A stretch of DNA of 64,000 nucleotides from Takakia lepidozioides (Eukaryota > Plantae > Bryophyta), in the NCBI GenBank assembly GCA_030704615.1, contig CM060731.1, positions 38,626,001 to 38,690,000 on the forward strand, read 5' to 3'. Each line of letters opens with the position of its first letter. The stretch's first letter is position 1. The position numbers and the translations under genes are program-made. Below are positions 50,971 through 61,729 of this stretch, one piece after another. The notes below the pieces were generated by a model that was given only the letters and a program-made list of their open reading frames with translations, was not told the origin of the DNA and did no database searches.

Positions 50971-51697
50971 ACCTGAATTGAGATAGTGCCTTGCCCTATC
51001 GGAGTATGCAGACCTATGCTCCAAGCTTCAACTAAATGACGAAGCTGATCTGGTTACTCTCCACTTTGTGGATAGTCCAACACAGTTGCCTTTGTCAATA
51101 AGCTCCTTCACCACTTCCACATTTGACACTAGGTCCGAAGATTGTCTGAAGAGAGAGCAAGTGCAGATGGCAGCTGCCCACCAGGTTCTGACAGAGTATC
51201 ATCAGAGCTTGTCCCTGCATTAGGGATGGCTCGAGTGCTTGCATCACGGGAAATAGATGCCTGACGCTGCACAGGCCACCACCATCGCCATAGCCATCCA
51301 CCCGAGCTCGAGAGTCGTCGCTGGAGCAAAGCAGCTCACTAAGCGAGCAAGTCTGTGGTGCATCTGTAACCACAAATGAAACCCGGGAACGGTTCTTAAT
51401 GGCGGGAACGTTTTGGTGTTTAAAAAAAAAAAAAAAAAAAACTTTGATATAATTTAAATGATTTAGAGCCTGGTTGGTCATAACTTTGTCAAATGGACTC
51501 CGTTTGACTCAGTTTTTGGGTGGATAGCTGCAGAAAGGGGAAATCTACATGTCTACACCATGGTTTTTTGTTTTGGGGACTCTGCTAAAAATCTGTGGAA
51601 TTTTTAGAGTGTGAGTGTGCTATAAAAGATCCACAATTCTGTGTCCAGAATCTGTTGTGGTCTACATGAGACATAAATCTGTGGATGTACTCCATGC

Positions 51698-52446
51698 ATG
51701 GCTGGGGGAAATGAGGACGTAATTGAAGGGCAGGTCTCTTCTCTTAGCCTGTGCACACAAGGGGACAGGATCTATGTTTCCCAAGGAACTCAGACTGATT
51801 TGAGTGGAGAACAGTTGGACGAGTTGATTGCATACTGGGAGTCAGGCATTAGCAGTAGACAACAGACTGCTGTAGTTGGCATTGAGGGCCTCAATATCGC
51901 CTTGGACAGTCAGAACTCTGTTGGAGCCAGCAGTTCTGCAGCTGTAAGTGAAATACCAAAGTGGGTGAAAGCTAGGCTTGGAACACAGCCAAAGACAGCC
52001 CCGGGGACCAAGGTGTTCAGCCACAAGGCCGTGGTGTACTGGAGCAGAGGAGCAGGAGCTGCACAAGTTTGTGCAATTAGACAGTGTTGCAGTCGGACAC
52101 GCTCTGCACAAGGCAACCACGAGCGGGGTTCATTAGCGAGGACAAGTTTGTTCTGTTTGAAGGCGATCCAGTCATTCGCAATGAAGACACCCGCAACCGT
52201 CTCAAAGCTTTCGAGTTGAGAGACTATCAGACCCTACCTTTGTTTTCTTTAGTGTTCAGTGAGCGGGAGATAGCAGAGTGTTGCTTTGTCTCTACCTGGC
52301 AGAAAGAGGAGGAGGGTTGGTTAGAGCGAGCTACTGTAGCTTGGGACAAGGTTAGTGGCAGGTTTCTGGACATAGATATACCTCCTACACCTTACCATCA
52401 AGCAGAGCGAGGCACTTTGAGAGAAGTCTGGAAGTTGATAGCATAG
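51698..52446 (+). CDS. Extra ORF upstream of gag, unknown function (two overlapping frames, probably one ~250-aa ORF)
   Basis: ATG ORF of 173 aa overlaps a 120-aa ORF. Protein-like composition, but no motif recognised. Confidence 0.45.
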
Positions 52447-52959
52447 ATCAGGATTAGATCTTGCTTGGGCGGGGCTTTTATTCTTCCCCTCCATCTCTGT
52501 ACTATTTTCATTACCTTGTACTTGTAGTTGCCAAAGCCTCTCTTGGTGGAGGCCAGTCAGTCCGGGGTCTTGGGCTGGGATATTCTGCAGGATCAGCGTT
52601 GCTGCTGGATTTTGGTGTGGGGGTGTTGATGTTTTGATTTCGTGTGTTTGGATCCCCCCCAACACCTGCATGCTTGACTGTGCGCCATGTTGGTTTTGTG
52701 TGGGCGCTTGCTTTCATAGGGATTAGGCCGGATTTGATCACCGGTCAATCCTAGAGTATGCTGTCGGTGGTGAGGCTGGAGTGATGACCAGCAAGACCAC
52801 CAGTGTTTCTTCTATGGTGAGGCTGGGTTGATGACCAGCCAACCATAGGAGTTCTTGCGGTGGATGCAGGTGCAGGTGCCCTGAGCCACTGGGATATGAC
52901 CCTTAGACTGCAACAGGTGCCCACCCGTGTCACTATTAGATTAGTACTAGAGCCTTATA

Positions 52960-55809
52960 GTGTCACTGGAGGAGGTGCACATTGTGAGTGTCATTACGGA
53001 GTTACCCAAGGGTTTTGAGGGGAGTACGGCTACAGGCAGTAACAGTGAGAGTGGGTTCACAAGACGAGGTATTCGGTTCAGACCACCTTCACCGCCACCC
53101 TCAATTACTGTAGAGTCAGACACAGGCTCGGAGGCTTCATCAACAGGTGTGCACTTTCATTCGCCATTGTTGTGGGACGACATGGAGGAGATGTATGGAG
53201 CTACCAAGGGGCCTCGTAGGTACTCTGGAGCTGTGGGCACAATCGAGTTGGATGACTTTATCCAGGAGTTCGACAGCTGGTGTGATTTGCAGCAGATGCG
53301 CAATCCACATCTATTCACCCCATTCATGGCATGGAAGGGACTGTTCCAGCATTTGGAAGGCCCGCCTATGGACGATTACCACGAGTTCAGGCGAGGACAT
53401 GAAGCAGAGATTGAGGAGTGGAGGATGTATTGGTCACCTGACTACATCTCCATTACTCGAGGCATGACGCGACCAGTAGCTGCATCAGTACCAATAGCTC
53501 CCACTGCCAGCACTAGTAGTGGAGCAGGTAGTGCTGGTACTTCTGCCGGTGGTACCAGTTCAGAAGGTGCTACTACTCCTCCTGCCACAGCTACAACACA
53601 TGTGCCTAGATTCAACCCGGTGGTGGAGTTCTTCCAGGAGTTGCGGAGGAACTACCAAGGTGTACGGACAGAGAAGCTGCGAAGTTTGCAAGACTTCCAG
53701 CGCAAACCCAGTGAGAGCCTGCGAGAGGCGTACACTCGTATGAGGCGCTTGATAAGTGTGACCCAAGGGGTTACTGAAGCTCAGGCAATCCAGTTTTGGT
53801 ATGGAATTCTGGACAAGGAGCTCAAGAGAAGGGTGCGAGATGCAACCCTGTTACAAGCAGCCCAACCCACATTAGCAGATGTGTTTCTGCTGGCTGAGCG
53901 GATTGAGCTCAACATGGTGGAGGAACGAGTTGTTACAATTGGATTTGGCAAGGACATGCCTGTACGGGGCACAGCTGTCAGCCCACAAGCACAAGGGACT
54001 GCCCAACAGCGTGGTCAGGGGGGCAAGGTTGCCCAGCCCAAGTTCCATGGAGCTTACAGGGGACCTCAGGTGCAGAGGCCCGTGGCATCTTTTGCAGGCC
54101 AACAGCAACCAGGGGTGATATGTTGGACATGTGGAGGACCCCATGTCAAGAGAGATTGCCCAGAGAGTGGCAGAAGGCCGGCACAAGCACAGCCTGCACA
54201 GTTGCAGTGTGGGCATTGTGGCAAGTATGGGCATGGAGATGCCCAGTGTTATGACTTGCATCCTGAGTTGCGCCCAGGCCAGTTCCAAGGGAACAATGGT
54301 GGCCGGGGGCGAGGTGGACCAGCCCAAAGAGGACGAGGTGGTCGGGCACGAGGTGCAGGCCAAGGGCAACCTCCACATGGCCAAGGACGCGGAGGTCAGG
54401 GTGTTGACCAAGGCATGGCCAATCGGCTTCAGCAGCTAGAGCAGAGGCTCGCTGCCATGGCTATAGCTCAGGCGGTACCGGCTCCCAGGCGGGATGGCCC
54501 ACCTCCTGCTCCTGAGGGAGGAGATATGGGAGGAATGGGATTCATGTGCGGAGCAGCACTACCATTAGAGCAGGTGGAGTCTGCTGCAGCCGTGACTCGA
54601 GGAGCAACACGAGTTCCTGAGCCACGAGGTGCAGAGGTGGAGTTGGATCCACAACGTGGGGAGGCAAGCCGTCAGGCAAGGCTGCCTCAGTCATTCACCT
54701 TGGCGGAGACAGTGTCAACGCCATCCATGGCACCTAGTTCTCGCCCGACTGTTACCGAGGCGGAGGTTACTATGCCATTGGGGAGAGCTACACGTGCAGC
54801 ACTGACACCTGCTACCAAGGCTAGTGCAGCCGGTGTGTTATTGGGAGCAGCCACCTCTGTGTGTCAAGCCCCACTGTTCTCGGCAACCATGATTGCGACG
54901 CCGGGGGTGAGGCCAGCTGCAGTGTTCAGACTAGCAGCAACACTCTGTGAGAGTGGGGAGGTCACTTCATCTTCTGCGGAGTTAGTGGAAGGTGTAGTGG
55001 CAGAGGGATCCTCGGATTTGAGGGTCAAGACTGCCACGGCTGCGCCCTGGCAAGCTGCAGCTGCCAGGTTGACGGAGCTGCCAGCTAGGCCAGCCTTTGA
55101 GCGCGCCATGGTGACACCTGGAGTTGTCTTGTTAGACAACCAGGGAGGCATTTTCACTTTGAGTGGACCGGCAGGCAAGAAGTACCGGCCACTGCGGGTC
55201 TTGTTGGACTCAGGAGCTCAGCCACTGATGTTGGGCAGAGCTGCTATTGCAGGTTTGGGCCTCATGGAGGCGGATATGGAGCCTTGTCCTTTCCAGATAC
55301 AGACATCTCTGGGAGGATCAGAGCAGGCTCGCGGCATGACACGGCATCAGTTGGCTATTAGACTGCAGCCGGATCATCCTGTAGATGGCTCAGTGATGCG
55401 AGCCAAGGCCATTGTGACAGACGCGGTCTCTTACGATGTCCTCGTTGGTGGGGCAGTGTTATACCCCATGGGCTTCACCCTGGATTTCTGGGAGGAGTCA
55501 GCATCCTACAGGCCTGGATGGCAGTCAGGGGATGGTCGCCGTGCACAGCTCCCTGTGACATTCATTGGGGGTATTGCAGCTGCTCAGCGGGGCAAGATGC
55601 CAACACTAGCCGCCTTCACAGCTGCAGTCAGCTGGCCTGGAGAGTTGCTGGAAGGCAATGCCCATGCAGAGGATGTGCCACCTCCAGCAGAGCAGGTGAC
55701 ATGCATGGTACGGCGGAGTTGCCTGCCATGGTTGCTCACACTCCGTTGTGGGGTACGAGCAAGGATTTGCAGCACGCTGCTGATGGACGGGTGCAACAAG
55801 CTTGGGTAG
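52960..55809 (+). CDS. Family-B gag-protease (true start uncertain)
   Basis: 949-codon ORF. QRKPSESLREAY capsid motif; knuckles CWTCGGPHVKRDC and CGHCGKYGHGDAQC; RGG-rich tract; protease LLDSGA at ~55207. Confidence 0.9.
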   Translation: MSLEEVHIVSVITELPKGFEGSTATGSNSESGFTRRGIRFRPPSPPPSITVESDTGSEASSTGVHFHSPLLWDDMEEMYGATKGPRRYSGAVGTIELDDFIQEFDSWCDLQQMRNPHLFTPFMAWKGLFQHLEGPPMDDYHEFRRGHEAEIEEWRMYWSPDYISITRGMTRPVAASVPIAPTASTSSGAGSAGTSAGGTSSEGATTPPATATTHVPRFNPVVEFFQELRRNYQGVRTEKLRSLQDFQRKPSESLREAYTRMRRLISVTQGVTEAQAIQFWYGILDKELKRRVRDATLLQAAQPTLADVFLLAERIELNMVEERVVTIGFGKDMPVRGTAVSPQAQGTAQQRGQGGKVAQPKFHGAYRGPQVQRPVASFAGQQQPGVICWTCGGPHVKRDCPESGRRPAQAQPAQLQCGHCGKYGHGDAQCYDLHPELRPGQFQGNNGGRGRGGPAQRGRGGRARGAGQGQPPHGQGRGGQGVDQGMANRLQQLEQRLAAMAIAQAVPAPRRDGPPPAPEGGDMGGMGFMCGAALPLEQVESAAAVTRGATRVPEPRGAEVELDPQRGEASRQARLPQSFTLAETVSTPSMAPSSRPTVTEAEVTMPLGRATRAALTPATKASAAGVLLGAATSVCQAPLFSATMIATPGVRPAAVFRLAATLCESGEVTSSSAELVEGVVAEGSSDLRVKTATAAPWQAAAARLTELPARPAFERAMVTPGVVLLDNQGGIFTLSGPAGKKYRPLRVLLDSGAQPLMLGRAAIAGLGLMEADMEPCPFQIQTSLGGSEQARGMTRHQLAIRLQPDHPVDGSVMRAKAIVTDAVSYDVLVGGAVLYPMGFTLDFWEESASYRPGWQSGDGRRAQLPVTFIGGIAAAQRGKMPTLAAFTAAVSWPGELLEGNAHAEDVPPPAEQVTCMVRRSCLPWLLTLRCGVRARICSTLLMDGCNKLG

Positions 55810-55911
55810 AAGCTTTTGTACCGTCAGGAGAGGAGGAGAATGCGGTGATTGTACCAGGGCCACCTCATTGTCGCCATTGGACACACACCTCTTGTGTGGC
55901 AGCGACCGGAT

Positions 55912-56856
55912 GAAGGCATATGCCTTCTGGACTTATTTGGCGGGATCAGCACTGGATTGGCTGCAGTGCTGCAGGCAGGTGTACGAGTTCGACGTTACCT
56001 GTATGTGGAGAGGGATGAGACTGCACGACGTCTCACTGCTGCGCCATGTTGCTCAGATGGTGCAGCAGCATACCCTGAGTTGTTGCCGGTGTCTGCAGTT
56101 CGTGGATACAGCAGGCCTTGCCAGCAGACATTGCGTTGCTGGGGGCGCAGGATTTGGAGCGGGTTGGCTCCATTGATCTGGTAGTGGCAGGTTGGCCCTG
56201 CCAAGGGCATTCATCAGCCGGGCATGGCAATGGATTGCGAGACTCGAGGACGGGTCTGTTTTGGGAGATGGTGCGGATTTTGCGCCACTTGCAGCTTCAT
56301 CAGGCTGTATCTCCGGCATACATCTTGGAGAATGTGCCACTGATGGGTGATTCTCGGGCCAGGGTGATGGCCAGTGTGCATCAAGTCCGGTCGTGGCTTG
56401 GGTCAGCAGTATTGCTGGATGCAGCTGCAGTGGGGTCACGGGCTCATCGTCCACGACTATGGTGGACTAACTTGATGCCACCCGCACTGCTCAAGCGTGC
56501 ATTTGATGGGGTGCAGCGGCCAGCACACCTCACCGTGGATGGCATTTTGGACACGGGAAGGCAGTCTCAACGTGTGAGACACGATGACCGTTCGCCTTTG
56601 GCAGTGGTCAACAGAGTGGGTCAACCACGAGCAGCATTACCTACACTGCTCAGCTTCCCAGGATCCCATGCTTTTCGGGATGGTGGACCTGGCCTCCTGT
56701 GGGATGCTCAGTTGCAGCAGTTAGTGGAGCCTAATGCCGACGAGCGAGAGCGGGCTATCCACTGGGACCACGGCGGTGCCTTCCCTTTCTGAGGCATCAC
56801 GTCGTCAGGTGTTGGGGCAAGCAATGGATCTCAATTGCTTGACCTGGATTGTCAGC
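55912..56856 (+). CDS. DNMT3-like C5-cytosine methyltransferase domain inside pol (frameshifted in this assembly)
   Basis: Motif I LDLFGGIS, IV AGWPCQG, VI ILENV, VIII AHRPRLWWTNL, IX ERERA, X RRQVLGQAM, all in canonical order. Confidence 0.92.
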
Positions 56857-57249
56857 TTGGCTATGGCTGAGCAACGTAGAGTGCGGAGTGCACTTCCCTT
56901 GATGGTCTCTCTGCCTACCGAGACGGTACAGGCAGCGAGTGGGGGCGAGCCGGTGAGGACCACGAGGTGTAGACATCCATGGCACATGTGGGAGGTGCTC
57001 GAGGTTCAGAGGGAGTTGGCAGCGAAGGCAGCTGTGATGGATGAGGTTGGGGATTCTTCTCGGGATGAGGAGGTTCTCAATGATGAGATGATGGGGCAGG
57101 ATGAGGCCTTGTCATTGACTGAGCAGGAAGGGGGTACTGCTCAAGAGGTTGCAGCATAGCAACCACGGGACGCGTCCTCTACCTCTAAGCCCACTGGACT
57201 TAAGGTTGCAGTTACGGAGGACAATTGGGAGCCTGATATTGGACCCATT

Positions 57250-58660
57250 GTCACCGGAGGAGAGAGACGACGTATACGGCGGTTCCTGAGGGCTTACAGG
57301 AATTGCTTTGCCTTCAGTTTGAAGGACTTGGGAGCACTGAAGGGTCAAGAGATCCGTATTGAGTTGGCCACTGACACGCCAATCTTTCGGAGACCCTATA
57401 GATACAGTGACATGGAGAGGTCTTTGATTCAGATGAGGACTCAAGATCTCTGGGAGGCAGGTTTGGTGGAGCTCTCTGGTGGAGAGTATGCTTCAGCCAC
57501 AGTGATGCCAGCTAAGAAGGATGTCTATGGCAATTGGACGGAGAGACGTATGTGCGGTGATTACCGGCCTGTAAATCGTCAGACCAAGTCCGATAGGTAT
57601 GCCATGCCAACACCAGAGGAGATCTTTGATGCCATTGGGCATTCCAAGGTCTTTAGCACGTTTGGATTTACGATCCGGATATCACCAGTTGCCGATCAAG
57701 GAGGCGGATAAGCAAAAGACGGCATTCTGGGGGATCAATGAGCACGGGAAGGATTGCCTATACCAGTGGCGATTCTTACCATTTGGGCTTAAAAACGCTC
57801 CCGCTGAGTTTCAAAGAGTCATGGACAGGATTCTAGCAGGGGTGGAGTTTGCTCGGTGCTACATAGATGACATCATCATCTTTAGTGCTGCGGTGGAGGA
57901 GCATGAGAGACACCTTCAGGGGGTATTTGAGCGCTTGAGGACGCACGGATTGAAGTTACATCCGGGCAAGTGCAAGTTTTTCCACAACCAGATTGAGTAC
58001 CTGGGTCACATGATATATCCTGGAGGATTGGGGGTACAACAGACTAAGGTAGAGTCCATTGCACAGGTTCCACGTCCCACGGATGTGAGCCGAGTTCGAG
58101 CTTTCATGGGGTTAGCAAACTATTACAGACGGTTTGTTAAGGGATTTAGTGCCATTGCAAAGGCTCTAACCAAGCTGACCAAGGTGGACCAGGAGTGGCA
58201 GTGGGAAGATGAGCAAGAACAAGCTTTTCAAGAGCTCAAGGCGAGGTTGACCTCGGCGCCCATCTTGAGACGACCTATCAGGGGGCGTCCCTTTCAGCTG
58301 CATACAGATTGGAGCATGCTGGGGCTTGGAGCGGTGCTCACACAGGTGGATGATGAGGGAAGAGAGTTCGTAGTGGCTTATGCTAGTCGCTCGAACAATG
58401 CTGCAGAGTCTAGTATAGCTCATATGAGGGAGAATGCTTAGCTGCAGTGTGGGCCGTGGCTCACTTCAGGTGCTATTTATACGGCAATCTCTTCACCCTT
58501 GTCACGGATCACCAACCACTCAAGTGGTTGATGGAGTCAGACAAGCTTACGGGGAAGCTTGCACGGTGGGCACTCATCCTTCAAGAGTATGACTTTCAGG
58601 TGGTGCATCGACCGGTTTGGTCAATCGAAATGCAGATGGGTTGAGTCGCAATCCATGCAC
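57250..58660 (+). CDS. Family-B reverse transcriptase and RNase H
   Basis: [32 protein letters not shown] (57860), LHTDWS, TDHQPLKWL, NADGLSR. Confidence 0.95.
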
Positions 58661-59029
58661 GAGCCAGCAGGATGACACTGGAGCTCGGTGGCATGGTGAG
58701 ACGGACGAGGAGATGGTGCCCGGATGGCATGCATCGGCATTTCTGTGTATCTTGGCAGCGGAAGGCCAGGTTGGACCTACAACAGGGATGACTGTAGATC
58801 AAGTGTCTGAGGACCCTGAGGCCAGCAATGAGCAGGTGGCGCCAAAGATATACATGAGGATTCAGTTGTGTTGGACTACCTCCGCAGTGGAGACACGGCA
58901 GCCACTTATGACTGCCAAGGAGAGGGATCGGATCCTACAACGAGCCAAGAGGTTCAGGTGGGAGGGGACACACCTGCTCCGAGTGTGGGAGGATGGTCGA
59001 GTGAGGATTGTGCCTCACCCAAACAGCGG

Positions 59030-60286
59030 GCACGGTTAGTGCGACATGCCCATGAGGAGTTGGGGCATTTTGGGGTGCGACGCACTCATAGTCTACTGCA
59101 GGGCAGTATTGGTGGCGTGGTATGCACACAGAGGTGCAACAATTTGTGGCTAGGTGCATGGTGTGTGACACGTGCTTCATTCAACGCCCCTACTCCACAA
59201 TTGCACCCTCTTCCGATCATGGGATTGGGCTACAGGTGGAGTCTTGACTTCGCAGGGCCGTTGCCACTGACCATGCGCCACAACAAGTACGTGTTGGTGA
59301 TGGTGGAGCACTTCTCCAAGTGGATTGAATTGGTTCCATTGCCTGATAAGGCTAGTGAGGGAGCTGCGTATGCATTCCTGGATTGTGTGCTTAGCCGATT
59401 CGGTGCTCCAGCTGAGGTACTCACGGACCAAGGGAGAGAGTTCTTGGGGGAGTTTCAGGCTTTGTGTGACAAGGCCTTGATAGACCACCGCACCACTTCT
59501 CGGGATCATCCTGAAGCCGATGGCTTGGCAGAGAGAGTTGTTCAGACAGTAAAGAGGGGTTTGCGCAAGTATGGCTTGCAGAAGGGACACCTAGGAGATT
59601 GGGACCTTCAGTTACCCTGGTTAGCCATGGGCTACAGGTTCAGCAAGCAAGCATCACTTGCCTCCTTCTCACCATACTTTCTTCTCTTTGGCCGAGAGCC
59701 GGATTTGCCTACATCCATTCGCAGAGAAGCTGCTACAGTTCTTAACCTTGACGATCCGGACGTGTGGGCACGTGCATGTGAGCAGCGTGCAGAGTTGTTC
59801 AAGAGAGTCATGCCCATGGCTTTCGAGAACCTTGCCATTGCACAACACCGTGATACGTTGAGGTATGCCACCATACGTGGTGGGGGCTATCGTCCTGGGG
59901 TTCGGAGACTCAACCCTGGTGACTATGTCTATCTGCAGCAGACTGCTCCTACGACCCTGGATGTGACTGCAGGACGTGTTATTTTGAGGGTTCGAGAGGT
60001 CTTGCCCTCAGGCGTCTTGGTCTTGGAGGGTCGGGATGGCATAACTTGGAAGGACCATGTGCGTAATTGTGCGCCATGTCACCTTCCGAATGTCGATGGC
60101 AGGATTGACCCAAACCTGGCAGTGGTATCTGCAGGTTTGAGGTGCATGTTGTGTGGGTCTGCTAAAGGGGCAGCCACCATGCTGGTGTGTGATCGATGCT
60201 CTAGAGGTTGGCATATGGGATGCTTGACTCCACCTCTTGAGATGGTTCCGGATGGGGATTGGTTATGTCCACAATGCATTGGATAG
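59030..60286 (+). CDS. Family-B DDE integrase with C-terminal PHD finger (60143-60277)
   Basis: HEELGH..CMVC; SLDFAGP, TDQGREF, GLAER; C4HC3 finger CMLC..VCDRC..WHMGC..WLCPQC. Confidence 0.95.
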   Translation, partial: ARLVRHAHEELGHFGVRRTHSLLQGSIGGVVCTQRCNNLWLGAWCVTRASFNAPTPQLHPLPIMGLGYRWSLDFAGPLPLTMRHNKYVLVMVEHFSKWIELVPLPDKASEGAAYAFLDCVLSRFGAPAEVLTDQGREFLGEFQALCDKALIDHRTTSRDHPEADGLAERVVQTVKRGLRKYGLQKGHLGDWDLQLPWLAMGYRFSKQASLASFSPYFLLFGREPDLPTSIRREAATVLNLDDPDVWARACEQRAELFKRVMPMAFENLAIAQHRDTLRYATIRGGGYRPGVRRLNPGDYVYLQQTAPTTLDVTAGRVILRVREVLPSGVLVLEGRDGITWKDHVRNCAPCHLPNVDGRIDPNLAVVSAGLRCMLCGSAKGAATMLVCDRCSRGWHMGCLTPPLEMVPDGDWLCPQCIG

Positions 60287-60530
60287 TGGGAGTGGATACA
60301 ACCATGGAAGGCTAACAAGCAACGCAAGGCCCAGCTACAGGATACCTTGAACACACGAAGGCCTGGCTCAAGTTCACAGATTGCAAGACGGCGACTAACG
60401 ATGGGGCTACTCTTGTACCCGGCCTCTTGGTCTATAGAGTTTGAGTACGATAGGGACAGTGATAGAGGACTTAGTACGGCTATGGCTATTACGTCTTGTA
60501 GCTATCTGGAGGTAGAGGGACCTATCCACC

Positions 60531-60545
60531 AGCTAGGGGGGCGAT
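60531..60545 (+). promoter_or_regulatory. Polypurine tract of family B
   Basis: AGCTAGGGGGGCGAT directly before TGTGG, the LTR start. Confidence 0.75.
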
Positions 60546-60977
60546 TGTGGTAGACTACTTTATTGTGCATATATGTGTGGTGTGGTTCGAACAGCGATGT
60601 AGTTGTGTAGTGATATGTATGCGCTGTCAAGTTAAATAAGCACAGTGTGAAAACAGCTAGAATAAAACTAGTTATTTGTATTTAACACTTGGAGTTAGGT
60701 CAAGTGTTAAATCAGGTGTCAAGTTTAGTTTGACACCTGGTCTGTCTTATCTTCACGAGAGCGGCAGTCGCGCAGCTCATCTCTCTCGAGTTGAGCCTGC
60801 GCGACCGAGCTCCTGCATGTGTTAGGTTTTAGTGTGCTTATGTAGGATACAGGTTGTTGTGGGGTGGAGTCCCCATAGCTTGGGGTGCCCCTGGCTCGAC
60901 TTCAGTTTCAATGAGTGATAGCGATGGATTTTATATTTCTTGTGTTGGGAGTGTATGTCCTTTCAAGCTTCTTTATC
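60546..60977 (+). repeat. Full family-B 3' LTR (B1 + A2), followed by a second LTR start B2 (60981-61059)
   Basis: Starts with TG after the PPT. A2 matches A1. The 79-bp B is repeated with two transitions. Confidence 0.9.
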
Positions 60978-61729
60978 TATTGTGGTAGACTACTTTATTG
61001 TGCATATATGTGTGGTGTGGTTCGGACAGCGATGTAGTTGTGTAGCGATATGTATGCGCATGACAGCTCGAAGCTGACCACCTCGATGGAATCTCCCTCC
61101 AGATATTTCATTAAAGATCCGAGGACATATGGGCAGTTTCAGTAAAAGGGCAAGGTCATTGGATGGCCTCGTAGGCCTTTAGGGGTGAATCAACCAAGAG
61201 ACTGAATGAAGGATTCATCCTTTCATCACTTGTACAAGTAGCTTATCAGCAGCTACACAAATGCTGTCTTAGAATTTTATTTCAGAGACAACTTGCATGT
61301 GAGCTTACTGCTGGTGTCATGATGCCTAAATTTGGAGACCTTCACACACTGCGCATGTGAAGAAACAGTCGGACAAGGATGCAAGGCTGCACAAACATGT
61401 CAGCCTGCAATTACCTCGCGTTGCAAAGTGGAATCAACCAGTGGCTACAAATACTCTTCAACAGCTGGTGAAGCAGCAATTCTAGCTTTGTTGAGATATG
61501 CCTCATTGTTTGGCTCTCTGTCCTCCAACCTTCACAAAAGCACCACATCAACCCAACCTCAAAGGTTAGCAACAAAGAGCCTGCCTGACACTAGCACAAG
61601 CTTCCTACCTTAGCAATTTGCTTGACCAATAGATCCATCAAGATGGTTGCCATTAGAGTGTCAAGGTTGAGGACTTGGGATCCTACAAGGCATGTCCTTG
61701 CCGAGAGGTCAGAACCACTCTAGACACCA

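Larger units (their letters stand above)
49074..61065 (+). mobile_element. Family-B Ty3/Gypsy retrotransposon with C5-methyltransferase and PHD finger; permuted terminal repeats
   Basis: Domain order gag-PR-DNMT-RT-RH-IN-PHD. Repeat A at 49074-49429 and 60625-60977; repeat B at 60546-60624 and 60981-61059. Confidence 0.92.

Noticed and set aside
55912-56856. Bacterial restriction-modification methylase or contamination
   Set aside because: Motifs VIII-X are DNMT3-like, the domain is collinear within a Gypsy pol, and no nuclease is adjacent.
60625-61065. Treating TGTCA...TGACA (A2+B2) as a conventional 3' LTR
   Set aside because: The PPT lies before B1 at 60546, the 5' repeat ends at TTATCA followed by the PBS-like site, and A1 is not followed by B.
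49069-61070. Canonical 5-bp TSD for family B
   Set aside because: The flanks ATCTC and GCTCG do not match; at best there is a 4-bp match with one mismatch.
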